The notes beneath the pieces were generated by a model. The model had not been told where the DNA came from and did not search any database. It was given only the letters and a program-made list of their open reading frames with translations. A DNA stretch of 64,000 nucleotides. Source: Nemertoderma westbladi (Eukaryota; Animalia; Xenacoelomorpha). Made by a program: the position numbers and the translations under genes. This document shows positions 1 to 10,115 of the stretch, piece by piece. The stretch's first letter is position 1, and each line of letters opens with the position of its first letter. The stretch spans positions 97,951 through 161,950 of the forward strand of contig JAUCBJ010001490.1 in assembly GCA_032718475.1 (NCBI GenBank), read 5' to 3'.

Positions 1-312
1 TCTTGAAATATAGCACTGTCATAAATAGTTAGTAATTTCTGACAGATATAAGTGCATTTTCGCTGAGTTCGCTCGACCTAGTAGTTAGTAAGTACATTTC
101 ACATTCACAGATAATAATAAATTTGACAAAGGTAATAATGATAAGATGAGTGATTTTTTAATCCCCACACCCAGGTTACAGGTACAATGGGGGGAATTCG
201 ACGCCAATTCCATCTCGGCTTCATTGTTATACTATAATTAAGGGAAAGGAGCAGGTTACAGAGGCCCGATATTCTAACCTTTTTAGCTAATATAATGCTA
301 TATAGTTCATAC

Positions 313-437
313 TTGCAGAGTAGGACTCCGTCCTTGAGAGACTCGTGGGTACTATCAGACGAATAGCTCTCACCAGTAACCGCCTCTATCCAGTTTCTAG
401 CTTCCCGATCTAAATTAGGATCGTATTTCGAGTTTTT
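313..437 (-). CDS. Calponin/transgelin (myophilin/MP20-like) coding exon 2, start of CH domain; gene continues left of the window
   Basis: Minus strand ttttgtag|AAA...TGC AA|gtatga translates KNSKYDPNLDREARNWIEAVTGESYSSDSTHESLKDGVLLC(K). WIE...LKDGVLLC is the calponin-homology signature. Joins exon 1909-1959 in phase 0. Absent from the ORF track. Confidence 0.88.
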
Positions 438-1908
438 CTACAAAAGAAATGAAAAGGAATCATATAATTATTCACTTTGCAGTAATATCCTACACACTAC
501 AGTCTGTGTGGAAGTCACGAATATGCATATTAAGCTGCAGTAATAACATCGACCGTATACTACGATATGGGTGACCACACGAGTAATTTATGTAGTGATG
601 GGCAGTCTGCCGTGCAGACGTACATTGCGGCGTGAGAATGGTGTGCTGTCACACTGGTACCGTCTAGTGTCCCTACACCGTGCGTATAGATAGTACTCTG
701 TGTCTTTGTCAAGGCATAGTCTGACTCATCGTGAGTCATCCTACAGTAACGAAGTCCATGAGTATCTGCAGGTATGGGGCGAGCCATGTAGTGTGGCGAG
801 TTCGTATCACTACACCCATTCTACACCTAATGAGAAGAATTCCAGGTTTTCACTAAAACAGAGTTACAGAAGTTACAGAATCACTGAAGAACTGAATCTA
901 ACCAAAACAATTATTAAAGCAGAATGTGTACAGTACTTGGCGTGCTATACAAAACACCAATATCCGCCAATAACTATGTAATGTAAAGATGTTCCGGTGG
1001 ATCGGAACCGGCGGCTCTCATAAAATATCGGCAACCTACTCCGCCGAATGAATGTTGTACGGATCTGCACGAGCCTGTTTCACACGGCTACAAAAATAGA
1101 ACTCATTCAGATCGTCCCATATAAATGTCAAATAACAAGAAATTTTGCTCTATAACTATAATGTATAAGTTTTTGTTTTTAACATTGTTTATTTTGGGAT
1201 TTTCTGGGATAATGAATCGAATCGCAAATAGTTTAACGCATTTAAAATAACCGATATGCCATTTTTTGTCGCAGCTAAAAGTGGCATGGCACTGTAAATT
1301 TTGAAATGTTCAAGATAAGTGAAAACGTAATAATCGCGATGAAAGTATTTATAATCGTTTTCTGGTTATGGTGAACCCACATTCTTTGCAGCACTAGAAA
1401 TAGAAAATACGTTTTATTGTCCTGAAAGTGCCTTTATTCGATTCAGGAGGATGGACCCCACAAATAGTCGGAAAGTGAAAGAACAATGAACAATAAACAT
1501 TTTGACACTTTTACCAAAAATTAAAAATTTAGATTATGGGGGTGGGGGTCACGCCCCAAATTGACGAACACGCGGTTTTTAACATTTGTAAGAATGTGTT
1601 TATGCCGTTTTGTCAGTTAAGTCAGTATGTAAGTTATGTATCATAATTATTTAACTATTTCATCCATTGCGTAGTCACCCCCAAGCGGGAGACTGGAATA
1701 TTGCTGAGTCCCTCAAGCGAATTCAATTTTAGAATTTCGATAGACTACTTGTGTACCAACACTAGGCTGGGTTCAATTTCTTCTAATATAGAGTGATGAG
1801 TGAGTGATTAGCCTTGAGACAGACCAAGGTTGAAATAGCGGAACCCATATGCTACGCTCGCTAACTTCGTGGCTCGCCCCACTCTCCAACCGCTAGATTA
1901 TTGCTTAC

Positions 1909-1959
1909 CTTTGCCTCCAGTTCAGCTGTCATTCCATATCCTTGGGGTCTTTCCGCCAT
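1909..1959 (-). CDS. Calponin/transgelin-family first coding exon
   Basis: ATG at 1959-1957 gives MAERPQGYGMTAELEAK|gtaagc, resembling the transgelin/myophilin N-terminus. A polypyrimidine tract plus CAG acceptor at ~1979-2000 implies an upstream non-coding exon. Confidence 0.85.
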
Positions 1960-2116
1960 AACTTCATATATTTCAGAACTGTGTTGGTTGAGGAAAAAAG
2001 AAACACAACAAAACAACAGTCTTTAAGCAAAAGATATAGCAACAAATATTCAGTACAACTAATTTGTTATATATAATTTCAATATTACAATGTTATTTAT
2101 TACTTATACGCACATA

Positions 2117-2155
2117 AATTGAGCGGCTAGGCGTGTGCGCTTATTCTATATATAA
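2117..2155 (-). promoter_or_regulatory. Possible core promoter of the calponin-like gene (TATA/MEF2-like box and Inr)
   Basis: Minus strand TATATATAG (2154-2146), which reads CTATATATAA on + and fits MEF2 YTAWWWWTAR. It lies ~32 nt before TCAATT (2122-2117). Motif spacing is the only support. Confidence 0.3.
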
Positions 2156-3211
2156 CCAATAAAGTAGCAGTAATAAAATGTGGTTAGATTGTATCTACCG
2201 TGTATGCAGCATGTATGTATGTATTGTTATTGTTGCCAACTAATTTACTAAAGTATGTGTCATTTCCCATAAAACTTAGATTAATGAGTATTATGGTAAT
2301 GGATAAGTAATTGCCATCCTTGGTAGACTGAGTCACTTGTAGCTTAAATTTTGTTATTATACATTTCTCACATGAGTCACATGGAAGTAAATATAGTAAA
2401 GAATTTATAAAACACCAGAATAAAATATTAACAATATATAGGCAAGGCCTACACATAACTAATATTCTATTTAAGTAACATTTCTACAAATTACACTATT
2501 ATAATTACAAATATATTCAACATTGTGATTTTCGATACAATCCAACTATCACATGTTAATAATGTAATACCAATGGCAATATGAATTGTTGTACTGTATA
2601 TAAGTGCAAGCATTAGTGAATGGAAGTCAGGGCGCTCGCTAGCAGTTGCTAGTAAATGGTCAGCGAATGAATGCGAGCGACAGACAGAGGTTCCCTTCCC
2701 CAGTGCTGAGGGTGAGTACCAGCTGGTGTGTCAGCCTGCCTTGTGGATATGAGAGGGGAGGTCAATAATGCATATCTGGGCCACAATAATAAATAGTATT
2801 GGATTGGTTCTCTGCAGGATTGGTTCTTATTGGTCCACCCATAGGTTGGGGTTTGGGGGCAGCCCTTTTGTTGTGGCTACTGGTGTGCGATTAGGACTTG
2901 AACACTATGTGCGATTAGGACTTGCAATTACTTCAGTGCCTCTATTAATTGCAAACAATTTATTAAGCCAGTGGGGAGCGCAGCGAGGAGGGGCGGTCGA
3001 CCCGGGGGCTAGACAAGGACTGGAGGCGGGCACAAAATCACGGCAGTAGTATAGTGGTTGTCGATAATTTAAATAACACCGAAATAGTGAAAAACGTCAT
3101 TCCAAAGGATCCATTATTTAACAATTTGTTCCTCTCATGTTTGCTAGTAATTCATTTAGTACGGAAGCCCACAAGTGCCAGTCAACTTTACACATAAAAT
3201 CTGATTTTTTA

Positions 3212-3553
3212 TGTGTGTGTAGTTGGCACGTGTGTGTAGTTGGCATATGTGTGTAGTTGGCATATGTGTGTATTTGGCATGTGTGTGTAGTTGGCATGTG
3301 TAGTTGGCATGTGTGTGTAGTTGGCACGTGTGTGTAATTGGCATATGTGTGTAGTTGGCACGTGTGTGTAGTTGGCATATGTGTGTAGTTGGCATGTGTG
3401 TGTAGTTGGCATGTGTAGTTTGCATATGTGTGTAGTTGGCATATGTGTGTAGTTTGCATATGTGTGTAGTTGGCATATGTGTGTAGTTGGCATATGTGTA
3501 GTTGGCATGTGTAGTTGGCATATGTGTAGTTGGCATGTGTGTGAAGTTGGCAT
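3212..3553 (-). repeat. Minisatellite (GCCAACTACAC(AC)nAT variants) in left TIR
   Basis: Tandem GTGTAGTTGGCA(T/C) units with variable GT/AT spacers. Confidence 0.95.
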
Positions 3554-4303
3554 GAGATTCGATTGCTTAGCAACCATCTTCAAGGTTTCTTAGCAACCCA
3601 TTTATTAGCTAGTATCAGTACAACAGTATAGTGTAGCAGGCCTACTGTAGTAGTGTCAGTGTCCGTTCACCTTTGCTACTTAGCTCATAGGCCGCCGTCG
3701 TTGTCGGTAGCCCCCATACCTGATGCGGTATCTGATTATTTTACAACTACTGGTGTAGCAGAAAATTACCACCCCCCTAAAAATTCACCCCCGGTTAGAA
3801 TTCACTAGGGTACGGTATTTTAACCGGGGGTGAAACTAGGCTTACTCTGGGTGATTTTTTAGTGAAATTTAACCCCCCTCTACTACTACTAGATACTAGG
3901 ATCGGCATGCTGCATTGCAGCTGCATTTTTAAGAATGCTGTGCCGGCTTGTCAACAAAATTGCACCGCCACAACTCCCTATCACCCATGACATTTGCTAG
4001 ATCATCCGCATCTTCAAGGCCAGTGTCCTTTAAGATGCGTCTCAAGGATTGGTCAAATTATACTGTAAGTCTATAGGAGGGAGGGGGGGGGGGGGTGCAT
4101 ATATTCACCTAGGACAACGGCCAACGTGTGGCCTACCCTACCCTGCTTGAGCCACCGCATTCAATTCATATAAACAACAAATCAGTAGAGTTGAAATTAT
4201 AGTAGTATGTCTCAACAATAATTTGTAATCCAAATTTTTAAATAAATATTAGACGGATAATAGGACCGACCATGTAAAGTAATCAACCATGTAAAGTAAT
4301 CAA

Positions 4304-4600
4304 TCACGCTAGGACAAAAATATTTTGCCACCAACATGCAATCCGCAATCCGTAAGAATTGGTCTTAATGCTCTTCACTTCTGCAAAGGAGATATCGCCA
4401 ATGGGAATATCTGGGAGTACAGACTCAGACACTTTTACTTCTATACAGTTATCAGGCAATACCCTGTCATTATTGAGGAGCTTTTCAAAGTGGGCTTTCC
4501 AACCATTGAGGCGATCGGCTGGTGATTCAGCCTTAACCTTGGTGGTTGGTTGGCTTTTCCGCCCAGTAAGCAAATTGATCGATTTCCATGCTGGGATGAT
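4304..4600 (-). pseudogene. Non-LTR retrotransposon (RTE-like) ORF2 fragment
   Basis: TGRKSQ...RLNGWKAHFEKLLNN...DISFAEVK resembles the EN-RT linker (W..HF..LLN) of RTE-clade LINEs; truncated. Confidence 0.55.
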
Positions 4601-4864
4601 TGCCTGCTGTCGTCAACCCCCCTCAGTATATTCTTACCCCCATATTTTAAATTTCAATATTACTTTGAATACGATATAAGCCTGCATTTATTTTCTAGTC
4701 TGCTGCACAAGGCTGGATGTGTGTCAATTTACCATATCAGCATGTATATCCCAGCCCACTACCTACGCGAAGTGACAATACTGTACATTTATTTCATGTA
4801 ACTCACGTACTGCGCGAAGGGCCATACAGTGTATCTATATATTTATTACGGTAGGATATATACT

Positions 4865-5407
4865 ATGGAAGACATTAATTTAATTAACAATATTATAACA
4901 CATTACTACAAAGAAGGCCACACTCACCGAGAATTACTAAATATTTTGTCAAATAATCATGGCATAATAATTTCAAGTAGACGAACACTCTGTCGTCGAT
5001 TGCGTGACCTCGGGCTGACTCGCCGAAATACTGGTAATAATTTTGATTATGATATGGTTGTTAATGCCGTTACATCGCTGATTCATGGTTCTTCGTCATG
5101 TTGGGGATATCGGAGTGTCTGGCATCAATTACAACTTATGGGCATTCATGTTCCCCGATCAACAGTAGCCCTTATATTACGTACACTTTGTCCTGAGGCA
5201 ACCGAACTCCGGCGTCGTCATCGACTTCAGCGCCGCCAGTACTTCAATGTCGGACCTAATGCAGTTTGGCACGTGGATGGACATGATAAACTTAAACCTT
5301 ATGGATTTCCAATCCACGGTGCTATTGATGGTTGGTCGCGTTATATTTTGTGGCTAAAAGTCGTCATTTCTAACAATAACCCTAACAATATATGTTTTTT
5401 CATATAA
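4865..5407 (+). pseudogene. Truncated DDE transposase (Clr5-like HTH plus start of integrase core)
   Basis: From ATG 4865: MEDIN...HGIIISSRRTLCRRLRDLGL...GYRSVWHQL...GPNAVWHVDGHDKLKPYGFPIHGAIDGWSRYILWL. This is the IS3-like eukaryotic integrase motif. The ORF stops before the rest of the catalytic core. Confidence 0.8.
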
Positions 5408-5796
5408 TAATAAAATACATTTTCATGTAATATTGAAATTTAAAATATGGGGGTGGTAAGAATACACTGAGGGGGGTTAAATTTCACTAAAAAATCACCC
5501 AGAGTAAGCCTAGTTTCACCCCCGGTTAAAATACCGTATATATAGTGAATTCTAACCGGGGGTGAATTTTTAGGGGGGTGGTAATTTTCTGCTACACCAG
5601 TAGTTGTAAAATAATCAGATACCGCATCAGGTATGGGGGCTACCGACAACGACGGCGGCCTATGAGCTAAGTAGCAAAGGTGGACGGACACTGACACTAC
5701 TACAGTAGGCCTGCTACACTCTACTGTTGTACTGATACTAGCTAATAAATGGGTTGCTAAGAAACCTTGAAGATGGTTGCTAAGCAATCGAATCTC

Positions 5797-6186
5797 ATGC
5801 CAACTACACACACATGCCAACTACACATATGCCAACTACACACACATGCCAACTACACACACGTGCCAACTACACATATGCCAACTACACATGCCAACTA
5901 CACATATGCCAACTACACATGCCAACTACACATATGCCAACTACACACATATGCCAACTACACATGCCAACTACACACACATGCCAACTACACACATATG
6001 CCAACTACACACACGTGCCAACTACACACATATGCCAACTACACACACGTGCCAACTACACACACATGCCAACTACACATGCCAACTACACACACATGCC
6101 AAATACACACATATGCCAACTACACACACACATGCCAACTACACACACGTGCCAACTACACACACATGTGCCAACTACACACTCAT
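5797..6186 (+). repeat. Minisatellite in right TIR (inverted partner of 3212-3553)
   Basis: Tandem TGCCAACTACAC(AC)n units; array longer than the left copy. Confidence 0.95.
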
Positions 6187-6766
6187 AAAAAATCAGATTT
6201 TATGTGTAAAGTTGACTGGCACTTGTGGGCTTCCGTATAAATGTGATGTAGATAATTCTGTATTACTGAATTATTATTATCATTGCGGATTTGGAAGGCG
6301 GCGTGTTGTGGTGGGGACCGCCTAGCGCTACCACAGTGCCTGCCTACTGTTTGTTACATTGCCATGGATGCAGTTATCATCATGATAATGAAATGCAACC
6401 AATGAAATGCATCGAAAACGTTGTACTGTTTAACAGTAGGCCCATCCTTGCATCATGAAACTAAATGGCATTCAGAAACACCAGTGGGTGTGGGTGCGCT
6501 GGGGTTAAAAGAATCATGTACTTTTTAGTTGTAAAAATTACTGAAATTAAAGTACTGTAGTTTGTATTGTTACAAACATGATTTATTAGCGATTATTAAT
6601 TGGGTTAATTAGTATTTGAGTATTTATTCATTCTGAAACCCTCGCCCAATTGAGGCTATATATAGGCCTAATTGTTATTAATTAATAATTTTATATAATT
6701 ATATAATTAATTAATTAATTATATAATAATTATTAACGATTTTGACATGCATGGATCATGTCAATG

Positions 6767-6984
6767 GAGACAGCAGGGAAAGTAGACGCAAAACCCGCCT
6801 TGGCGAATTAATATCCCTCTTCAATGTTGAATTCTCAATTTAGGGTAAGTAGCAGGTTCAGTGGCACGATATTTTAACCAAAACATTATACTATTTTTGA
6901 GAGTAATCAGCTGTTATTTGCGTCGAATTTCCCCTGGAGAGGGAGGAATTTTTATTGCGTCCAGTTCCCCCCCCCCCCCTATCT
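6767..6984. mobile_element. ~230 bp MITE family; other copies 35709-35952, inverted at ~44804-45035, partial at ~180-280
   Basis: Shared core CTTGGCGAATTAATATCCC...TTCTCAATTTAGGG..AG.AGCAGGTT; ends GACGCAA/TTGCGTCCAG next to G/C runs. Confidence 0.7.
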
Positions 6985-6987
6985 GTG

Positions 6988-7200
6988 TCAATGAGAGAGT
7001 TTTACTGCCCAGACCGAATGGCAGTGTTTCCGTGACAGCCAGGTTCGTCCGGGATTGTCGAGACAATGACACAAACCTGTCTTGTCGCGATTCGATTTGT
7101 ATATTTCCAAGGAGCATCCGAAGAGATCTCGGATGTTGCTCGGAACAGCGTTAAATAGTTGCGGTCCAAACACCGTAAAGCTCGATTCTACTATCGGTTT
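6988..7200 (-). pseudogene. LINE ORF2 C-terminal fragment
   Basis: SSFTVFGPQLFNAVPSNIRDLFGCSLEIYKS resembles the conserved C-terminus of CR1/L2-group ORF2. Confidence 0.6.
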
Positions 7201-7528
7201 TACTTTTAGTGCTGGTATTTCCATGGCTACACAACCCAACCCCCCTATCTGCTATCTGCAATTACTAGTAGAGTTGTCCTTGGCGGGTTTGGATTGATTG
7301 CTAATACTAATACAATAATCAATCATATATGCCTCCCGTCAGCCCAGCACTGTGTTTTTGCAGTTGATACCAACAAGAACAACACATGAACACATCAATC
7401 ACAATCGCAAATACACAAATAATAGTATTGTAACAGGTCTGTTCTGGTCTTACTTCTGTCATCTGCCACTTTATTAAAATTTATTTTCCTCCTGTGTCAG
7501 TTAATAATTACGTGCTATTTCTTGCAAG

Positions 7529-9109
7529 ATGAGCAATTCGAAAAAATCAGCGAACCGTGATCCTTCAGAATCCGGTCACTCGAAGAAGGAATCCATCGAT
7601 CGACTTACCGAGCAATATTTGTTAGATCCGACAAAAGTCAACCTAATCGCGGACATTATCGCATTCTCGCGAAGCCAACGGCGATCCATTCAGTTGGCCT
7701 TAATATCATCTTTCAATCGAATATTCGTGAAACAGTTAAAGAGACGTGTTTCTATATCCTTAGATGGAGACAACGGACGATTAAATGAACTATACTTGGA
7801 GGCAATAAACGTACTCAAGTTATTCGTTAAGGGAAACCAAAATAAAGTTGTATCAGCCTTGGCTTTAACATGTCTAATAAAGTTCTTATCTATCGAATCT
7901 TCGAAAACAGTTCGAAATTCAGATGAATTTAAATTCCCCACCGATATATTAAACGTTATTATTGATGCTTTACTCGGAAGAGGTGATGATACCGGGGAAC
8001 TTTTAAATCAATTCGAGGAATATTTAGTTTATGATGATGTTCGGTACTTTACCATGTTGCACATTTTTCATTTATTACAAAACGGGGAACCCGACGTCGA
8101 ACGAAATATTTTTCAAATTCTAAAATCCCTCCAAAAAACTTTTTCAGCCGCCGTTACCCTGGAGAATAAACTCCACTTTATTAACTTCCTATGCCGCCAT
8201 AATCATACGGAGGAACTAAAACCCGGCAAAGTTCGCGAACACCGACGTCTGTTCGGGAACTTATGGGCCAAATTCCTCTCTAGTTTCCGGGACTCGGGTC
8301 TCCACAAACCGATTCTCCTGCACATAAACCTTGTGATCCCTCTCGTCAGCTCCCCAGCGCTGTTCGCCGACTTCCTTACCAACTCGTTCGACCGGGGCGG
8401 CGCCATCGCGCTGCTCTCGCTCCGAAGTCTCTTCGTCCTCCTCAACCGACACAACGTTAACTACCCCGACTTCTACGCCAAACTCTACTCCCTGTTCCTC
8501 CCGACTGTCCTCCGCTCCTCCTATCGCTCGCGATTCTTTCATCTCGCCGATCTCTTCCTCTCCTCCTCCCATCTCCCGGCCTACGTGGTAGCCGCATTCG
8601 CTAAACGCCTCGCCCGACTCGCTCTCGTCGCCCCCACCGACGCCGTCTCTCTCATCGTCACCTTCATTCTCAACCTCATCCGTCGACATCCCGCCTGTCG
8701 GCCGCTCCTAAATCGCTGCGACGTCACCAACAACAATGTGGCTGACACTAACGGCGAGGTCACTGACCCCGGCGACCACCGAATTCTTCCCAACCTCGAG
8801 GTCATTGACCCCTATCTTCCCAACGAACCCGATCTAAGTAAATGTGAAGCTTTAAACTCGTCGCTATGGGAACTACAGACCCTCCGTCAGCACTGCAATC
8901 ACTCGGTTGCCAAGGCAACCCGACACATCCTCCAACCCCTGGGACTCAAGGAGGATGACATTTCAGAGCTGTTGGATTTAACTTCGGAAACGAATCTCGA
9001 TAGGGAACTGGCGGTAAAGAGGTTGAAGGTTGTAGATGTGCCTATCAACATGAACCCACCTAACGGGTTGTTTGATAGCAACGATGTTTACTCCTTTACT
9101 AATACTTAA
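7529..9109 (+). CDS. NOC4L: Nucleolar complex protein 4 homolog (CBF/Mak21 domain), single exon, 526 aa
   Basis: Motifs YDDVRYF, DFLTNSFDRGGAIALLSL, NYPDFYAKLY, FFHLADLFLSSSHLPAYVVAAFAKRLARL, NLIRRHP and ALNSSLWEL; full expected length. Confidence 0.95.
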   Translation: MSNSKKSANRDPSESGHSKKESIDRLTEQYLLDPTKVNLIADIIAFSRSQRRSIQLALISSFNRIFVKQLKRRVSISLDGDNGRLNELYLEAINVLKLFVKGNQNKVVSALALTCLIKFLSIESSKTVRNSDEFKFPTDILNVIIDALLGRGDDTGELLNQFEEYLVYDDVRYFTMLHIFHLLQNGEPDVERNIFQILKSLQKTFSAAVTLENKLHFINFLCRHNHTEELKPGKVREHRRLFGNLWAKFLSSFRDSGLHKPILLHINLVIPLVSSPALFADFLTNSFDRGGAIALLSLRSLFVLLNRHNVNYPDFYAKLYSLFLPTVLRSSYRSRFFHLADLFLSSSHLPAYVVAAFAKRLARLALVAPTDAVSLIVTFILNLIRRHPACRPLLNRCDVTNNNVADTNGEVTDPGDHRILPNLEVIDPYLPNEPDLSKCEALNSSLWELQTLRQHCNHSVAKATRHILQPLGLKEDDISELLDLTSETNLDRELAVKRLKVVDVPINMNPPNGLFDSNDVYSFTNT

Positions 9110-9231
9110 ACTCCACTGTAATATTCTGGTGAGGAATGAGTTTGGAATTGGAATATGAATATGAATCAAATTTAATATCTTAAATATTAACAACATCATG
9201 AATTCCTTTTAAGTTTTTAAATTAAATTAAC

Positions 9232-9746
9232 GGGCGTAATTGAAGACTCCTCGTTTTAAGCAAGATACTAAATTTTATTAGGTAGGTAAAGCTATTAATA
9301 TCAAGACTGATTCCGACAACCTACTTCCCTCTATAAATATTTTGTAGTAGTTAGTTCTTATTACTATTTGTATAGAAAATGTTCCAGAGCATGTTAGCTA
9401 TTAAAGTAAGGAACAATTATTTTTTGTTCTAGAACATTTTTTAGAAAAAAATCTGGATTCTATTTAAAACGCTTGGAATCGTTTTAAAACGTGTTTAAAA
9501 ACTAGTTTCTAGAACCAAAAATATTCGTTCTACGATTCTAGAACGTGATTTTTTCTTAAAATTAAAAGCCAACATCTTCTGGAACATTTTCTATACAAAT
9601 AGTAACAAGAACTAGCTACTACAAAATATTTATAGAAGGAAGTAGGATTTCGGAACCAGTGTCGAAATTACTAGCTAAACCTATCTAAAACACTAGCTAC
9701 CGTAAAATTTTGTATCTTACTTAACGAGGTTGCTTCAATTACGTCC
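9232..9746. mobile_element. Palindromic (foldback) MITE, ~515 bp
   Basis: GGGCGTAATTGAAG.../...CTTCAATTACGTCC ends. The internal arm GTAGTAGTTAGTTCTTATTACTATTTGTATAGAAAATGTTCCAGA pairs with ~9577-9625. Confidence 0.8.
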
Positions 9747-10115
9747 ATTGATCAAATTGCAGCAAATGGAAATTTATAGAACTCTCCCCATATCAAAATA
9801 GTGTAAAAAAAAACTGGCCTCTTTTTTTAAGCCTCTCTCTTAGGCCGTATATGGCATAACTACATCCCCACAAATAAATAAAATTATATTCGCCATTGTT
9901 CATAATTATCACTTTGAAGCTTTTACGGCCGTGAGGTATTCGCGTTAGCAGTTAGTCGCCATGGTATGTAAAGATGGACAGACATGACGGATGTTATGCA
10001 CGGCACCACCACCTCACGTCCAATCGCGACCGGTGGGAGTTGGAAAATATTGGCGTGCCAATCGACAACTATATCATATATTTTAGTAAATTGAGTAGAA
10101 ATGTCTATTGACGAT

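Larger units (their letters stand above)
3160..6237. mobile_element. IS3EU-like DNA transposon, internally deleted, with long terminal inverted repeats
   Basis: 3160-~3879 and ~5469-6237 are near-identical inverted arms. Termini TACGGAAGCCC...GGGCTTCCGTA fit TAY..RTA. A central DDE integrase-type fragment is present. No direct TSD seen. Confidence 0.75.

Noticed and set aside
2620-3060. GC-richer block with CCAAT-like motifs as a solo LTR or promoter
   Set aside because: No TG..CA ends, TSD or second copy could be identified in the window.
3118-6325. MPTTH/CQLH/ANYT repeat ORFs
   Set aside because: Translations of the TIR minisatellite, open in all frames.
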